From assembly GCF_009914755.1 (NCBI RefSeq), contig NC_060942.1: 64,000 nucleotides of DNA, one strand, 5' to 3'. Position numbers and translations under genes: made by a program. This document shows positions 27,975 to 44,059 of the stretch, in pieces. Source of the stretch: the human T2T-CHM13v2.0 reference genome, Homo sapiens. Within the stretch, counting starts at the first letter, position 1. Each line of letters begins with the position of its first letter. The notes under the pieces are model-generated. The model did no database searches. It was given only the letters and a program-made list of their open reading frames with translations, and was not told the DNA's origin.

Positions 27975-28822
27975 CACTAGGCAGACATGACCTACTGTCA
28001 AAAGCCCATGATACTTTTAGGGACCTATAAGAACATTTTAATTTCTTTTAAAATCAGAAAAAAAAATGAACTTACAGATTTTTAAATGTTTGAATGCATA
28101 ATGTCAATATATTTATTCCAAGTCAGTATTCTGAGAATGTAAATGTTGTATATCATATGGTTGATAAAGATTGTGTATTCATAGGAGGAAATGAGAAGGA
28201 GGTTTGGAAGAAAGAAGTTTATCATACTCAAAGGTCGCAGAGAGGGGACATCTCATGCTATGCAGGGACACAGAGAAGGCATGGGTGTCTGTCAGACGGC
28301 AGAAAGGAGCAAAGAGAAAGCATTAGACCACAGGCTTTATTGGGTTTTCCATAGGAAAAACAGGGCAGAGCAAACAATTTAGAACAGGGCTTGCTTTAAA
28401 AATTCCGGCTCGACTTTGGGCTATAGGGATGGCCTCCACTTGAGTGATACTTGGCCCTGGGATAATTTAAGGCAGGGCAAACATTGGCTTAGTGTGTGAG
28501 AGTTAGATAAGGAAGTAATTAATGGATTGGTTGGTTTGCATATGAAAGGCCTGCGTTCATAGGCAAATTGTTATTATCTTTAGGAATTAGCTAGCCCTAG
28601 GAGGAGGAGTTTCTCCATGGTCTACAAGGCTCCCAAATGCCAGAGCAACAAGAATATAGATAATAATAAAATATTATAAATTCAGTATTGGCCCTGTGAA
28701 GAATCGATGCCAAATAGACAAATACAGAATCTAAGAAAACACAATTAGAACATTAAGTCATGAAATACAATTTTTAATATTTTTGTGGATGAAGAGGTCC
28801 AAGAAAGCCATAATACAGCCCT
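27975..28822. mobile_element. MER96B-like hAT MITE split by an LTR
   Basis: gcccatgatacttttagggacc..ttttaatttcttttaaaatcagaa on the left; agtcatgaaatacaatttttaatattt..aaagccataatacagccct on the right. Confidence 0.6.
28132..28743 (-). mobile_element. MER76-like ERVL LTR
   Basis: Ends gatgccaaatagacaaatacagaatctaagaaaacaca (reverse complement of the recalled MER76 5' end). Confidence 0.7.
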
Positions 28823-30127
28823 TCTTGGCTGCAGTCTGTACAAAGTTTGGTTCAGTGAGGGGTTTAATGGTGTAGGAGAAAAACTTCCAAGCAGATAAGG
28901 TTGAATAAAGTGGCACCACAACTCATAACCACTGCCCCTCTGGGTTCATAAAACCACCTTCCTTATTTGTTTTGTTGATCTTCTTTGTTTTGTTGATCTG
29001 CTCCTGGTACTTGTTCCTGAAAATTGCCTTTAGCATGTAGACACTGATTTTCTGGCCTCTATGTAGTTCCGGTTCTCAGGCTTCTTTCTTAAAGCCAACC
29101 CTGACCTTTGTCTTGACATTACTGCCCTGGTTACCGCAGTAATATGCTGAACACATAATACCAAGAATAATGAGTATTTGTGTTTGCTTTTTTTTTTTAA
29201 ACAGAACCTAAAATGTTCTGAACTTGCACTTATAATTTTATTAACTACTCAACAAATGATATTTATTATTACCAAAGAATACTAAATTACATTTTTATCA
29301 TATGCTTTATGATTTGTACTAACTATTATACATTAATACAGTTAGGAATATATACTGCTACAAACAGGCATAATGGAGATTTTTTTTGAGAAGTTTTGTA
29401 TTTTATTATGTGTTCTTCCATTTAATTTGAATTACATTGCTTTCATATTACAGCTTATCTGGTCTTTCTGTTTCATGATATACATAGAATATCAGTTCTA
29501 AATTACTAAAATATTTAAGGAAAACATTTAGTTCAGACACCGTACCTCACTGTGGTCACAGAACTTTAGTCATTGACTGAGGTCTTGAAAGTCACCATCT
29601 TCTTGTTTTTTTCTTGCAGAAGAAATGTCAAGTTATACTTCTTTACTCTGCAGGTTTCAGAGAATATTTGTTTTCAGATAAGTAGCTTGGAGTTTACCCT
29701 TCAGATATTCAAATAAACACAGCACCATTTTCAACCTTTCAACTTTCTTCTCAAAAACTTTCAGGAGCTCAGCAGCAGAAAGTCACCAGTTTTTGGAGAA
29801 AGAACTTGAATATTTTAAATATTCTTAAAGTTTTGAAATCACAAAGGCCACTGTGTAGAAAGGATTACTGATTCTTTCTCTAGAAAATTGCAATTTGCAG
29901 TCAATTCCAATGGGGCAATGAGTGAGGGTAGCGAAGAAAGAAAAAAAAAATGTTATGACTTTATCTCAATGAACTATTAGGAAAGTGTTCGAGACATACC
30001 ACTAGCTAAAAAAATGATTTTAAGAAAAACAGACAACTTGTCTTCACCAAAAATTTCTTCCATGCAATAAGATTACAGGAAGAGAAAGAGGAAGGTGAGT
30101 AGATGAGGCAGATTAGAAAGTAGGTAG

Positions 30128-30621
30128 TGTAAATAACATTATATGGTTCCTCAATACCTTAGCCTCCCTTATTTATCACTGATAGAACCTTGATCTTGTT
30201 CAGAGTTCTTCTGTACCCAAGCAATGAATCACAACTCATCTGGCCCATTATGACAAGCCTGTTCTCTGTCAGGCTGCCTTGGAGCTAGGGGCAGCCAACT
30301 GAGTTCTTCTGCATTTGAGGGGCTGACTGCAGGAAGGACTTCTAGGAAAGGTTTTGCTTTCCTGGTAATTAATGAGGTCAAGTAGAGTGACTCTCCACTC
30401 CTTTCTTATCTTCTACCAGCTTTTTGCTTTGAAAAGTGGACCCAGTGCTTATGGCTGCATCACCATTTTCATTACCAGTTCAAGAACAGAAGCTAAACCA
30501 CTAACAGTGGCAACCTAACTCAATCTTGTTGTACAATTACAGAAATGATTTCCTTGCTTTTAAAGCCTTTATAAGTCAGGAATTTTAAAACTGGCATTCA
30601 AATAGATTTCTAATTAGTACA
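30128..30621 (+). mobile_element. Old MLT1 (J/K-like) LTR
   Basis: tagaaccttgatcttgttcag, ggacttctaggaaaggttttgctttcctg, ends ttctaattagtaca. Confidence 0.55.
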
Positions 30622-30819
30622 ATGTAGCCCCATCTCAGTTCAGTTATGTCAGCCCCATGTCTATATTGGGCATCTGAACAGCATTTAAGAAAGTTTCATT
30701 GCTTAATTTTGAAAACACTATATATGACAATATCTATGTTCTCCCAAATTTGCTTACCTATGACTCAATGCATGGACAAAGCCAACAAAATAAACAAAAT
30801 GCCATTAATATGTTTTGTT

Positions 30820-31100
30820 ATTACGGACTGGAGGAAGAGAGACTGCAGGCAGTGGTTGGAGACTGGGTTCAGATTATAATGGGTTGAGGAATAAATGGAT
30901 GCTGAGAAAGTGGAACCAACGTATGAGCTATTCCCTCAAGAAGTCTGGAGGTGAAGAGAAAGAGAAAATGGTGCAAAATTGAGGACTATGTTATTTGGGG
31001 AATACAGAAAATAGGTTTCTAGTTGAGGGGAAAGTGCAGTGGATAGGAAGAAAGAATGAATCACAAGGGAGGAAATGATCAATGGAGTAAGATCCAACTA
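30820..31100 (-). mobile_element. L2 fragment
   Basis: Purine-rich gggttgaggaataaatggatgctgagaaagtgga..ctcaagaagtctgg..gtgaagagaa. Confidence 0.5.
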
Positions 31101-31114
31101 TAATGTATGCCAGG

Positions 31115-31458
<344 letters not shown>

Positions 31459-32362
31459 TAGTTCTTGAAGACTCTGCCAATATTTTAGAAACTGAAATAC
31501 ATCAAATAAAAATAAAATATGCAAATAGAGGCCAGGCAGGTAAGATATTACATATTTTTAACAACACACAAATGCAGACATGCAAATATACAGTACTTTC
31601 TTAGAAAGTATTCAAGATAAAGTAATAAGGAACTTTTTTTAAATCCACACTATAATTTAATGTAGGAATATTTTCTACAAATAATAACAAGTCTGACAAT
31701 ATGTTCATAATGTCCTCTTTTAAGAACTTTTTAGATTTCCTTTCTACTGGAAAACTTTTAACTTTGAAAACCGCAAGTAATATTTTTCTTCCTGAAACCT
31801 CTGCAGTGGTAGCAATGCACTGAAGTTTGATTAAAAGGTCAGTTAATGCAAACATAAATCCCTTAAAATATTTAGAGCACACAAGTTTCAACTCATCTTG
31901 TATTTATAAGACAACATTTTAAAAGGAAAATCTCTTAAGAATGGAGGCTATTATGTTGAGCAATGCCTTCCTTTCCCAACAGAGTATTAGACAAGCTGAA
32001 TATATAAATCTGCTTTATGTTACTGTATCAATGGCTGATGTTCAATGGACTTTTGGTATTAGGGCTATAAATATCTGACAGAGAAATAAACATCATATGG
32101 AAGTAAATTGACTATAATGGAAGGAGGTGCTCTGAATAGGCCTCCATGGAATTATCTGCTCAATCTTTGAGACTTTGTTTTGGCGTTGTTACTTTTGAGA
32201 GTGTAATGATTTTTCTTATGTGGTTGGTGCTTTGAAAGGAGTTCAGGAGTGAACCTGTGTTCTCATCATCCACACTGGTGGCTATCAAGCCTGTTGTTAA
32301 AGCTTATGTGTAATGTTGACCCATAATTCAATTAAAAAATGTTAAACTAACAACAATGGGGG

Positions 32363-32365
<3 letters not shown>

Positions 32366-32410
<45 letters not shown>

Positions 32411-32710
32411 AGATGGAGTTTCGCTCTGTCCCCCAGCTCTGTCCCCCAGGCTGGAGTGCAGTGGCGCCATCTTGGCTCACTGCAAGCTCCGCCTCCCGGG
32501 TTCACGCCATTCTCCTGCCTTAGCCTCCTGACTACAGGCGCCCGCCACCACGCCCGGCAATTTTTTTTTTAAATTTTTTTTTTTGTATTTTTAGTAGAGA
32601 CAGGGTTTCACCATGTTAGCCAGGATGGTCTCGATCTCCTGACCTCGTGATCCACCCGCCTCGGCTTCCCAAAGTGCTGGGATTACAGGCATCAGCCACC
32701 GCACCCGGTT
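32366..32710 (-). mobile_element. AluY with a 44-nt pure poly(A) tail
   Basis: tgcaagctccgcctcccgggttcacgccattctcc and gttagccaggatggtctcgatctcctgacctcgtg are Y-type; T44 at 32366-32409; TSD atg(g/a)gggtgattttt. Confidence 0.95.
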
Positions 32711-33005
32711 GATGAGGGTGATTTTTATAACCCTCCTCCTTCCCCAATAAAGTGTGTCCACATATTTCATTTTGTCTGTCTTGAAGTTTACAGGTAATAA
32801 TTAATCACAATATACAAGCTCACTCTTTTCTTTCTTCCCCTCTCTCCTTTCCTCCATCCCTATCTCTGCACTTCTCTTTCGAATATGGAAGGAAATATTT
32901 ACCACCACCTACCATACATTGATGTTTAGGAAGACCAAAGCTGGAATTAAAATCCTCAGCAGGGGTTCCCACAATGAATGACTATGGGTGTGAGGGTTTC
33001 TCAGC

Positions 33006-33008
<3 letters not shown>

Positions 33009-33052
<44 letters not shown>
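33009..33052. repeat. (TG)n microsatellite
   Basis: ~22 uninterrupted TG units. Confidence 0.97.
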
Positions 33053-33053
<1 letters not shown>

Positions 33054-33756
33054 TTTTTGCTTTTTCATCCTTACCATCCTTTCATCATTCAAGGAGCCAT
33101 ATTTCATATTCTATTTGCATAAGCAAGGAAAACATTACACAATTCCTGAAGATACAAGTAATCAAGTGTTATACCATGAAGTTCTAATAATAAATATTAA
33201 AGATAGGGCAGTAAAACAGTACAAAGAAAAGCTTTGTAGTGAACACAGAACTTGTCCAGGACCTTGGACAATACGTCTGGTTAGAGAGGTGGCAAAGCAC
33301 AGAAGATTAAATACATTAAGGACTCCGTTTCTTCCTGTTAGTTTACTGGTCATTCCTGCCATGAGAAGATGATAGAGAATATCACCACAGTGTGACTTGC
33401 TTCCAAGGCAGCATGGTTTCATGCAGAGGATCTAAACTGGGGACCATGTGCTGGGCTGCAAAAGGGCTGTGCAGTGCCTAAAATGTTATGCAAAATTTTA
33501 TAAAGGTAAGCATTTGTTTTCTGGAGAAGGATACACCCAATAGAATACTGTTTATGAAAATGTGATCTAATTACATTATACTCCAGCATCTCTCCTTTAT
33601 CAAGTGCAGAAGACTAAGGTCTATTCGAGTGCAATGTTTGGTCTATTGTCATAGATAATAAATAATTGGTCCTGGATCACCCCTAGATCTCTATTGTTTC
33701 ATCGATGCATCCTCATACCCACAACTTCATTTGGTTGGTACATCTGCTCTGGGTCA

Positions 33757-34200
33757 TTGCATTAGTTTCTTAAGACCACTGTAACAAAGTACCAAATATT
33801 AGGCAGTTTAAAGTAACAAAAATTTATTTTCCCATAGTTGGGGAAAACAGAAGTCTGATATTAATGTGTCAGTAGGGCACTGCTCCCTCTGAGACTCTGG
33901 GCAGATCTCTTTTTTGCCTTTTTTTAGCTTCTGATGATGCTCGTCAAACCTTGGCGTTCCTTGACTTGCAGCTGCATCACTCCAGTCTCTCCCTGTGCCA
34001 TTATATGGCATTTTTCCCTGGGCGTCTCTGTCATCACATGACATTTTCCCCTTCTTATAAGGACGGTAGTCATATTGAATTAGCGTGTATCCTAATAACT
34101 TTATATTAACTTAGTTATATCTGAATATCCAATAAGGTCACATTCACGGTTACCAAGAGTTAGGAGGTAAGCATATCTTTTGGAGAGAGACAATTAAACT
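33757..34200 (-). mobile_element. MLT1C-like MaLR LTR
   Basis: tgcattagtttct..ctgtaacaaagtacca...cttggcgttccttgacttgcagctgcatcactccagtctct...aataaggtcacattcac. Confidence 0.85.
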
Positions 34201-34499
34201 AAAGATTTTTCTCCATTTCTCTCCTTAAAATAACTCTTCCCCTCTGTTTTCATAAAGCTATTATTCCAAAAATAATTGAATTCATTCTGCTCAAACTCCA
34301 TCAACTGAAGTTAAGGTCGATCATTTTTCTAAGTCATCAGCAAATCATTCTGAATTCTAAGAGGGTATGATGTGCCATTGTTCTACATTTTGAACTGTAG
34401 CCAAACTTGGAGAGCCACTAAATGGGCTCCCATATGTTGACTCTGAATCATTCATAAGTAGTCTCTTGAACCGCCACACAACTGACATCTGACATAAAT

Positions 34500-34680
34500 A
34501 AACAACCACATTTTTCTGGCTTGTTTATGAGCATGTCTTGGGGAGCAAAGTCAAAGCCTTCCTGAAGGAAAGATATATTACACCTATTGCTTTTCCCATC
34601 TACAAAGCTAGTGACTCTGTCACAAAAGAAAATTAGATTGGTCTGACATTATTTCTTCCTATGGCCAACTTGACTGTTTT
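34500..34680 (-). mobile_element. CR1/L3 LINE reverse-transcriptase fragment
   Basis: gtcaaagccttcctgaaggaaagatatattacacctattgc..gtgactctgtcacaaaagaaaattagattggtctgaca reads on the minus strand like CR1 RT (QTNLISF.DRVT.L...YL.F.KAFD). Confidence 0.7.
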
Positions 34681-35011
34681 CCAATCCTCTTCACTAGTTT
34701 AGGGATCCAAAGAGTAAAAACACACGTAGATATAACATTCTGCATAAAATGTAAGACTTACCCAAATTTTATGCACTATCTCTTTAAAATAGAGCTATTT
34801 TGACCCTCTTGGATAAATGGGAATTTTTGGCCTGTTTGGTCTTGATAAGAAATTTTACAATACTCATAGAAAATTGCAAATTTCAGACAATCTTGATCCA
34901 CAAAAAGAACCCATCACTTCAGCCTGTTATTTCTTTAAATTCCCATGAAACTCTCTTGAGAACATTTGTTGAACTGTGTAATAGAAACTGACATAAAGAT
35001 GGGGCATTAAT

Positions 35012-35888
35012 ATACTGATTTCCTTTCTTTGGGTTATATATCTAGCAGTGAGACTGCCAAATCACATTGTAGTTCTATTTTTAGCTTTTCAAGGAACCTC
35101 CATACTCTTCTTCACAGTGGCTATACAAATTTACATTCCCAACAGTGTATGAGGGTTCCCTTTTCTCTACATTCTCACCAGCATTCATTATTGCCTATCT
35201 TTTGGATAAAAGCCATTTTAGCTGGAGTGAGATGATATCTCATCATAATTTTGATTAGGTATCTGCACTCCCATGTTTACTGCAGCACTATTCACAATAG
35301 CCAAGATTTGGAATCAACCTAAGTGTCCATCAACAGATGAATGGATAAAGAAAACATGGTACATTTACACAATGGAATACTATTCAGCCATAAAAAAGAA
35401 TGAGATCTTGTCATTTGCAACAACATGGATGGAACTGGCTGATATTATGTTATGTGAAATAAGCCAGGCACAGAAAGACAAACTTCACATAATATCACCC
35501 ATTTGTGGGAGCTAAAAAGTAAAACAATTCAACTCTTGAAGTTAGAGAGTAGAATGATGGTTATCAGAATCTGGGAAGGGTATTAGAGTGAGGAAAGTGC
35601 AGATAGTTAATGAGTACAAAAATATAGTTAGATAGAATGAATAATATCTAGTATTTGACAGCACAATAGGGTAACTACATCGAACAAGAATTTATTGTAC
35701 ATTTTAAAATAACTACAAGAGTATAATTGTAATGTTTGTAACACAGAGAAATAAACAATTGAGGTGATGAAGGCCCAATTTACCTTGATATGATTATTAC
35801 ACATTGTATGCTTGTATCAAAATATCTCGTGTACCCCATAAATATATATACCTATTATGTACCAATAAATATTAAAAATATTTTTAAA
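35012..35888 (+). mobile_element. L1MA (MA4-6-like) 3' end with 5' inversion (inverted 35012-35256, sense 35257-35888)
   Basis: Antisense atactgatttcctttc...gatatctcat joined to sense atctgcactcccatgtttactgcagcactattcacaatagcc...gtaccccataaatatatatacc. Confidence 0.9.
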
Positions 35889-37199
35889 GGAGCACCAAAA
35901 GTTAGAAGACAAAACAAACTTGACTGAATAAGTGAATTGCTTAATTGCTCTGTAAGAATATTTTTCTATTTTGATATTATAACATAAAAGTCATATGTTG
36001 ATATATTAACTATCTTGAATATGGAGAAGAAATCTCACTGTTAGGTTGAGTGAGATTATGCCATTTTTTACCCACAGCCAATTTTGACCTTACAATGAAT
36101 GACACCGTATTATTGAATTCAGGAAGAACAGAACTTTATTCACTAAATTTCACTACCTGCAAATTATCTTGAAACCTTTGGATTATCTGGGAAGACGTTA
36201 GTAGCTTGTCACTGTGTGTGACATTTGCCTATGCTCGTGGCTGAGTGTGAAGGGATCCAGCTACCTTTGGTTGGAAAGGCAGTCTGAACCATTTAGTTTC
36301 ACTTTAGCAGCTACTCTCAGGTACCAGATTGCTTCTGAGACCAAGTTTCACCGTCTTGACCTTGAAATTAAAATTTGTCCATCAATCTTTGGTCTTCTCA
36401 CCTCCCTTTTCTACAATAGATTTGTTGCATTAACTTCTACACTTGCTTCCTTTCATGGGTTTTGTCCCTGTCAGGTCTTTTTTCCATTATTCCACCTTTT
36501 GGTCTTCCAAGAGATTCCATTCAACACATTTCTGGCAAAGACCTCCTGAGGTATCACGAACTATCACTATGTTACTGGATACTCAGCTTTGGCTGTGTGT
36601 TCCAATATTTGCTATTAACAGGTGGTAGGAAACTGGGCTGTCTGAAATTTTTAAAAACCTTGTTTCATTTTCATACCCAGTATGTACAACAGATAGGTCT
36701 CTGACATTTGATGTTTGCTGCTAATTGATTTTTCAAGATTTTCAGCTATCTAAAAAACATCAGAGTTCTTATTTCTCAGCAAACTAAACAAGTATGATTT
36801 GGGGTTTTGCAGATCTTTAGAATTATCTCTGTGTATGCATCTAACCTGAACTAGGGATTAGAAACCGAGTAACACAGATACATTAATAAAAATAGGTATG
36901 TATATCAAGTATAATAAAATAATACACTGGTATTAATCCCACAGGAAAATTTGTTCAAAACATGAAAAATGGTTAACCTAATTTCAGTGAGAAAAATCTC
37001 AGATTGTTTGGTGGACACTGAATGGATAAAACACTTCTTTTGTAATTTTTATTGCTTTTATTTTTATTTTAGCTTAAAGTTCAAATTCCCTAAATAGGCC
37101 CTCTATGGTCTTAGTTCTTCTGACCCCATCCACCTCCAACTCCAACTCTTAGACAATGTTGGTATGTCCAAGAAAAAAAAATTCATTTTCTCAAATACA

Positions 37200-37565
37200 A
37201 TGCTTTTCTCCTTGGTAGTAAACTCTTGCACAGATTGTACTCATCTGATTAAAATAGTTTTCCCCTCTGTCTTTACATTTCCATTTTCTTTTCACCCTTA
37301 AGACCTCACTTAATAAATGACTTCTTCCCAGAGGCTTTCCCTAACTTCTTAACTGCGTGAAGTGCCACTGCTCTCTACCCCATACAACACTCCACTGCCC
37401 ATAACATGCACTTACCACCATGTGTTGGGACAATCTGGCTCTTCTCTCATTCCCTTTCTTGCCCATGAACTCCATGAGAGCATAATACATGTATAAGTAC
37501 ACTCCCAAGTATGTGGACAATGTTTAGTCACTATTTGTTGAGTGAATGAAGCATGAATAAATGTG
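37200..37565 (+). mobile_element. L2 3' end
   Basis: cttcttcccagaggctttccct...tatttgttgagtgaatgaa. Confidence 0.6.
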
Positions 37566-37694
37566 AATGTTGCAATAGATTTGATTTCCAAAAGTGGAAA
37601 ATCTCCTAGAATAAATATACTGCTCAGTTGAGGCCAAAAATTGACCTTTATAAATTTATCATTTATTGGAATACAAACTTAGAGCTCAGCTTTC

Positions 37695-38690
37695 TATTTT
37701 CAGCCTCGTCTTTCCCTTGAACTCCATAATTATGTATGCAACTTCATCTTCAGCATCTTCAGTTGGATGTCTAATTCCAAACTGCACATGTACAGGAGAC
37801 GTTTTGACCGTTTTCCCACAAACTTGACCTATCCACAGGCTTTTTCATCTCTGTTTTGGCATTTACATAGGTAAGAATAAATAAATATATCTCTGTGCAA
37901 TCATCAAGTCCCATGTCTTGGATTCATCTTTGACTCTTCTTCTTCTCTTAGTCGCAACATGCAATGCATCAGCATATTTCCTTAAATCCACATTAAACGT
38001 ATATTCAAACTTTGACAATTTCTCAACTGTTTTCCAAGCTATCATCTTCTCTTACCTGCATTGTAACAATAGACTCCTAACAGGTCTCCTTGCTTGATAC
38101 CAAAGTTATCAATTACCTTCAGTTTATTCTCACATAATCAGAGCGACTCTCTTAAAACACAAGGAAAACTACATCTTTCCTCTGCTCATCAGCTTCCAAT
38201 GGCTTCCCACTTCACTGAGAGTACAGACTAAAGACCTTTCGGTGGCCCACAAGGGTTTTGGTGATGGAGCCTTCTTACCCTTGCTGACTTTTCCTCCTGT
38301 ACTGTCTTCCAATCCCAACTCCAATGACATTGATGTCCTTGATGTTCCTTCAGTGATACTTAGCCTGTTGTACACCCATACAGGAATGGTCTTCTCTCAG
38401 ATATAACATTCCCTCATTTCCTGCAAGTCTTTGCTCCAATATCATCTTCTCAAGGAGGCCTTTCTGAACCATCTTTCAAAAAATTGCCATCATCATTGAC
38501 ATTACCCTTCCACCATTCTTGTTTTCCTTTTTTTAGTTTTTCTTTTATGTAGTGCATTTTACCTTCTAATACACTGCACTATTTACTAGCAGGGATATTG
38601 TTTCTTCTGTTAACTGTTGTGTTCCCAGTGACTAGAACAGACTTAGCACTTAATAGGCATTCCATATTTGTTAAAAATGAATGTATGAAA
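37695..38690 (+). mobile_element. L2a 3' region
   Basis: cttgaactcca, tctgctcatcagcttccaatggcttcccacttcactgagagt, ends taataggcattccatatttgttaaaaatgaatg. Confidence 0.8.
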
Positions 38691-40061
38691 CTCTAAGTCT
38701 AAAACCTAAATAGGCCTTGTTCCATGTTTTCACTAACCTCATAATAAGAAAAATCTAGGAGAAGACTCTTCATAGTAACGAAAAGCTAGGGAAAGCCTCT
38801 TATAACTCCCAGTGAGACAATGGGCTTTCCTAGAAAGTCATATTTTAATGTTCCTACCAATTTAATTTGTTTTAACTTTAAAAATATAAATGTTAAGTGT
38901 GGTGCCCAGGTAACAGCTGACCTTTGAAAGACACAAGCTAGAATTCAATTTTTGCCAGGGGAGTTTTGCCTAGTCAAGTTGAACAGATATTTTATATTTT
39001 ACCCTAAAATTTAAGAATCTCAGGCCCAGTGAATTTTTTTTCCATTATGTAAATTGTTCCCAAGCTTTCCATATGATTCCCTTTCAAGGGAAAATTTTCT
39101 AGTTTTGTGTGGTTCATGTTTTTTTCCACCCCTGAAATTCCAAGATCACTTAACTGTGATTAAATAACAGCTCACTTTTCTTTTACTTTGCCATAGCTTA
39201 AAAGCTCTTGCTCTAGTGGCCCCTGAATGCAAAACAAGCATTGCCTGGCCACAGGCATGCTTGGCCATGGCTGGTAATGAGAAAGTAGGAATTCTTAAGC
39301 CAGGATGGGTATAAAGTGAATTTATCTGGTTTTGTTCAGAGACCATAGCTCAAAAATCAGGCACCATGTGTGGTTCTCATTCCCCACTTGTAAATGTTGA
39401 AACCCCATTAAAGAAACTACCAGAGCATTGTCATAAATATCTCAAATAGAAGTTTGCAAGAAAACACTGCTGTTAAATAACAATAAGCCTTGAAACTTAC
39501 ACTGTGATGAAGCCCTAAGGTTGATAATTCAAACCAAGACATTTCTCTTTTATGTGATTTGCTAGGATATTTTCTTGCTTTATTTTCTTGAAGCCATATG
39601 ACTAGTTAAAAATCCATACATTTGGTATCTAGGAACTAACTAAATTTAAAACCACAGAACCAATCTTTCTTAATGTGTGTTTCCAACTATTTCACAATTT
39701 GTGAACATTGGCTTTAAATTGGCCTGTACATCTGAGCTGGTTGTGGTCATTAGAGAATTCCAACCTAGATAAAATTTTTGCAACCATAGCCCACAGTAAA
39801 AACACTATAAATTGAACAGAGATTTCTTCTGCTTCTCATTCTTTTCTTCTGACTCTCAACCTATTGAAACCATTTCTTAAGGCTGATTTGGGAAGAAAAT
39901 GTTAAAGTTTTGTACTTTCAAATTTGTATTTAAAAACAGGAAATTATTAAGTACTTCAAAATGGGCCAGATATGAGAGCTTACAGAAATATAAAGATGAC
40001 AAATGCAAAGGCCCTGCCAACATGAAAAAGGATAAGTGGCATTCATATATGCTCTCTGAAG

Positions 40062-41945
<1,884 letters not shown>

Positions 41946-42259
41946 GCCCACATGATCACAAGTTAGACACTTGGAGTATCATGGTGTTTCTGGCAGTGGT
42001 ATTCTAGAGGTTTTTAAGGGCTCCAGTCATTGAATTCCTCATCTGCAGACATACCTGACAGCTCTTGGAAGACAGGATGGCAAGAGGTGAAATCTTGCTT
42101 AGATGATGGACAAATTCAGGCAATGTGAATAAAATCCATAGCTCCTGAAAGTCTTTGGAGATACACTCATTTGTTTGAAGGTATTATTCCCATAAGCTGT
42201 CTGTTTAAATGGAAATTAATCTGGAGGAGATAAGGCATTAAGCCATGGCAACATGAGAA

Positions 42260-42495
42260 TGTGAAAAGAGCTCCAGCTTTGTAATCTTCCTGACATGGGA
42301 CTAAAATCTGCCTTTCCCTGTCGTTACTTGTATGATGCTACTGAGCTTCTTTGGGCCTCAGTATCCTGATCTCAATGGATGAAGTATTAACACTGGCTTC
42401 ACAGAGAACTTGATGAAGTTAAATATCATGTACACAATGTGCATAGCAATTACTAGTACATGGTAGCCATTCCAAATGTGCTAGCTGTAATTTAA
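42260..42495 (+). mobile_element. MIR
   Basis: ttctttgggcctcagtatcctgatct...agtacatggtagccattccaaatgtgctagct. Confidence 0.6.
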
Positions 42496-42535
42496 TATTA
42501 TTGTTAACATTATTTATTATTATTAGCTTAGCAAA

Positions 42536-42893
42536 TGATATGCTTTTACTGTGTCACCACCCAACTCTCACCTTGAATTGTAGTAATTCCCATGTATCAC
42601 GTGTGGGGCCAGGTGGAGATAATTGAATCATGGGGGTGGTTTCCCCCACACTGTTCTCCTGGTAAGTGAGTAAGTCTTACACGAGCTAATGGTTTTATAA
42701 ATGGGAGTTCCCCCGTATAAGCTCTATCTTGCCTGCCACCATGTAAGATGTGACTTTGCTCCTCCTTGCCTTCCAAAATGATTATGAGGCCTTCCCAGCC
42801 GTATGGAACTGTGAGTCAATTAAACCTCTTTCCTTTACAAATTACCCAGTCTTGGGTATGTCTTTATTAGTAGCATAGGAACAGACTAATACA
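42536..42893 (+). mobile_element. THE1B/C solo LTR
   Basis: tgatatg...ggaactgtgagtcaattaaacctctttcc...acagactaataca; TSD GCAAA at 42531-42535 and 42894-42898. Confidence 0.92.
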
Positions 42894-44059
42894 GCAAAGA
42901 CTGGCTTAACAGGTTTCTGTTAAGATGGCAGTGAGGAGGGAACACTTGGCAAGGACATTTTCCTAGGTGAGCATAGAGCATTAAAGGGAGAAACTTTTCC
43001 ATTTTATCCACAGCTATGGACAAAGGCTTTCCCCTTTCTTTAACTGGACAGTTAAGACAGCTAAATGTTAATTTCTAGAGTCTCCCCACATATGCAATGC
43101 CAATAAGAAATGCTGCCTTGGTAAATGACAAACATGAGGCTGGGTTTGCTGAGGACTACACAGAGATTCCCAAATCAGAGATCAAAATAGCTCTGGGGGG
43201 TTTTGTTTGTTGTGTGTTTTATTTTGTTGTTATTGTTGTTTATTCCTTTATTTATTTAGTGTAAATGATTTGGTGTATGGTAATACTGTTCTCCAAGAAA
43301 GCAAGTCCTGGTATAGGAGGTTTGTAGAAGGAAGGAGTTTTGGGTTAGGGTGAGCTGAGTTACTTTAATGTACCTGCAGTACACTCACAAGGGTATCGGG
43401 GGTGATTTAACAACAGGAGGAGTAAGAAAAGAATATGGTTCAATTCCAGACCCAAAGATTACCCATTTAAAAGACCCAAAGTGAGAAAAACAAGATTAGC
43501 AAAGGAGTTAGAAAATAAGCACTAATAAAAGCAAGAGGAAAGTTGGGAGGATTCAGTATCATTAACCAAAGGTAGTTATAAGTTCTAGAGAAAATGGCAT
43601 GGTAGAAATAAATCCATACTTCACTAGAGCATATCTGAAAGACTTTCCTACTTTAGTCATTACAGTTATAAATAAAATAATCAATATTAAAATTTCTAGA
43701 GGATTTTCACTAACTGAAGCACTGCAGTAACTATAGATATTAAAAGACATTACATTGTATTAAATTCAATAGCTTATAGTCTAGTTTCATTTAGATGAAC
43801 AAATATTCTACTCAGCATAATATTTAATATAAACTCCATACTTTGTGATTAGCATTTGAATTTGTAAAGTTACCAGTATATAAGAGGTTTGTCCTAAAAA
43901 TAAGGAGATCTCTTTTTACAAATACATCATCCAAATAAACACTGCCCTTCATTTCATTACATAGGTAGGTCATGTATTGCTCCATTGATGCTGCCCTTAT
44001 TCATGATGATTAAAGCCTTTGGGAGGTATTCCTTCAGAATAATGTAAGTACTACAGAGA

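Noticed and set aside
28966-29000. Short tandem duplications (tttgttttgttgatct x2; also 4723-4748, 41782-41813, 55614-55638)
   Set aside because: Ordinary slippage duplications; no spacer-repeat array, so not CRISPR-like
32974-33372. 132-aa ORF with a VCVC run
   Set aside because: Driven by the (TG)n microsatellite
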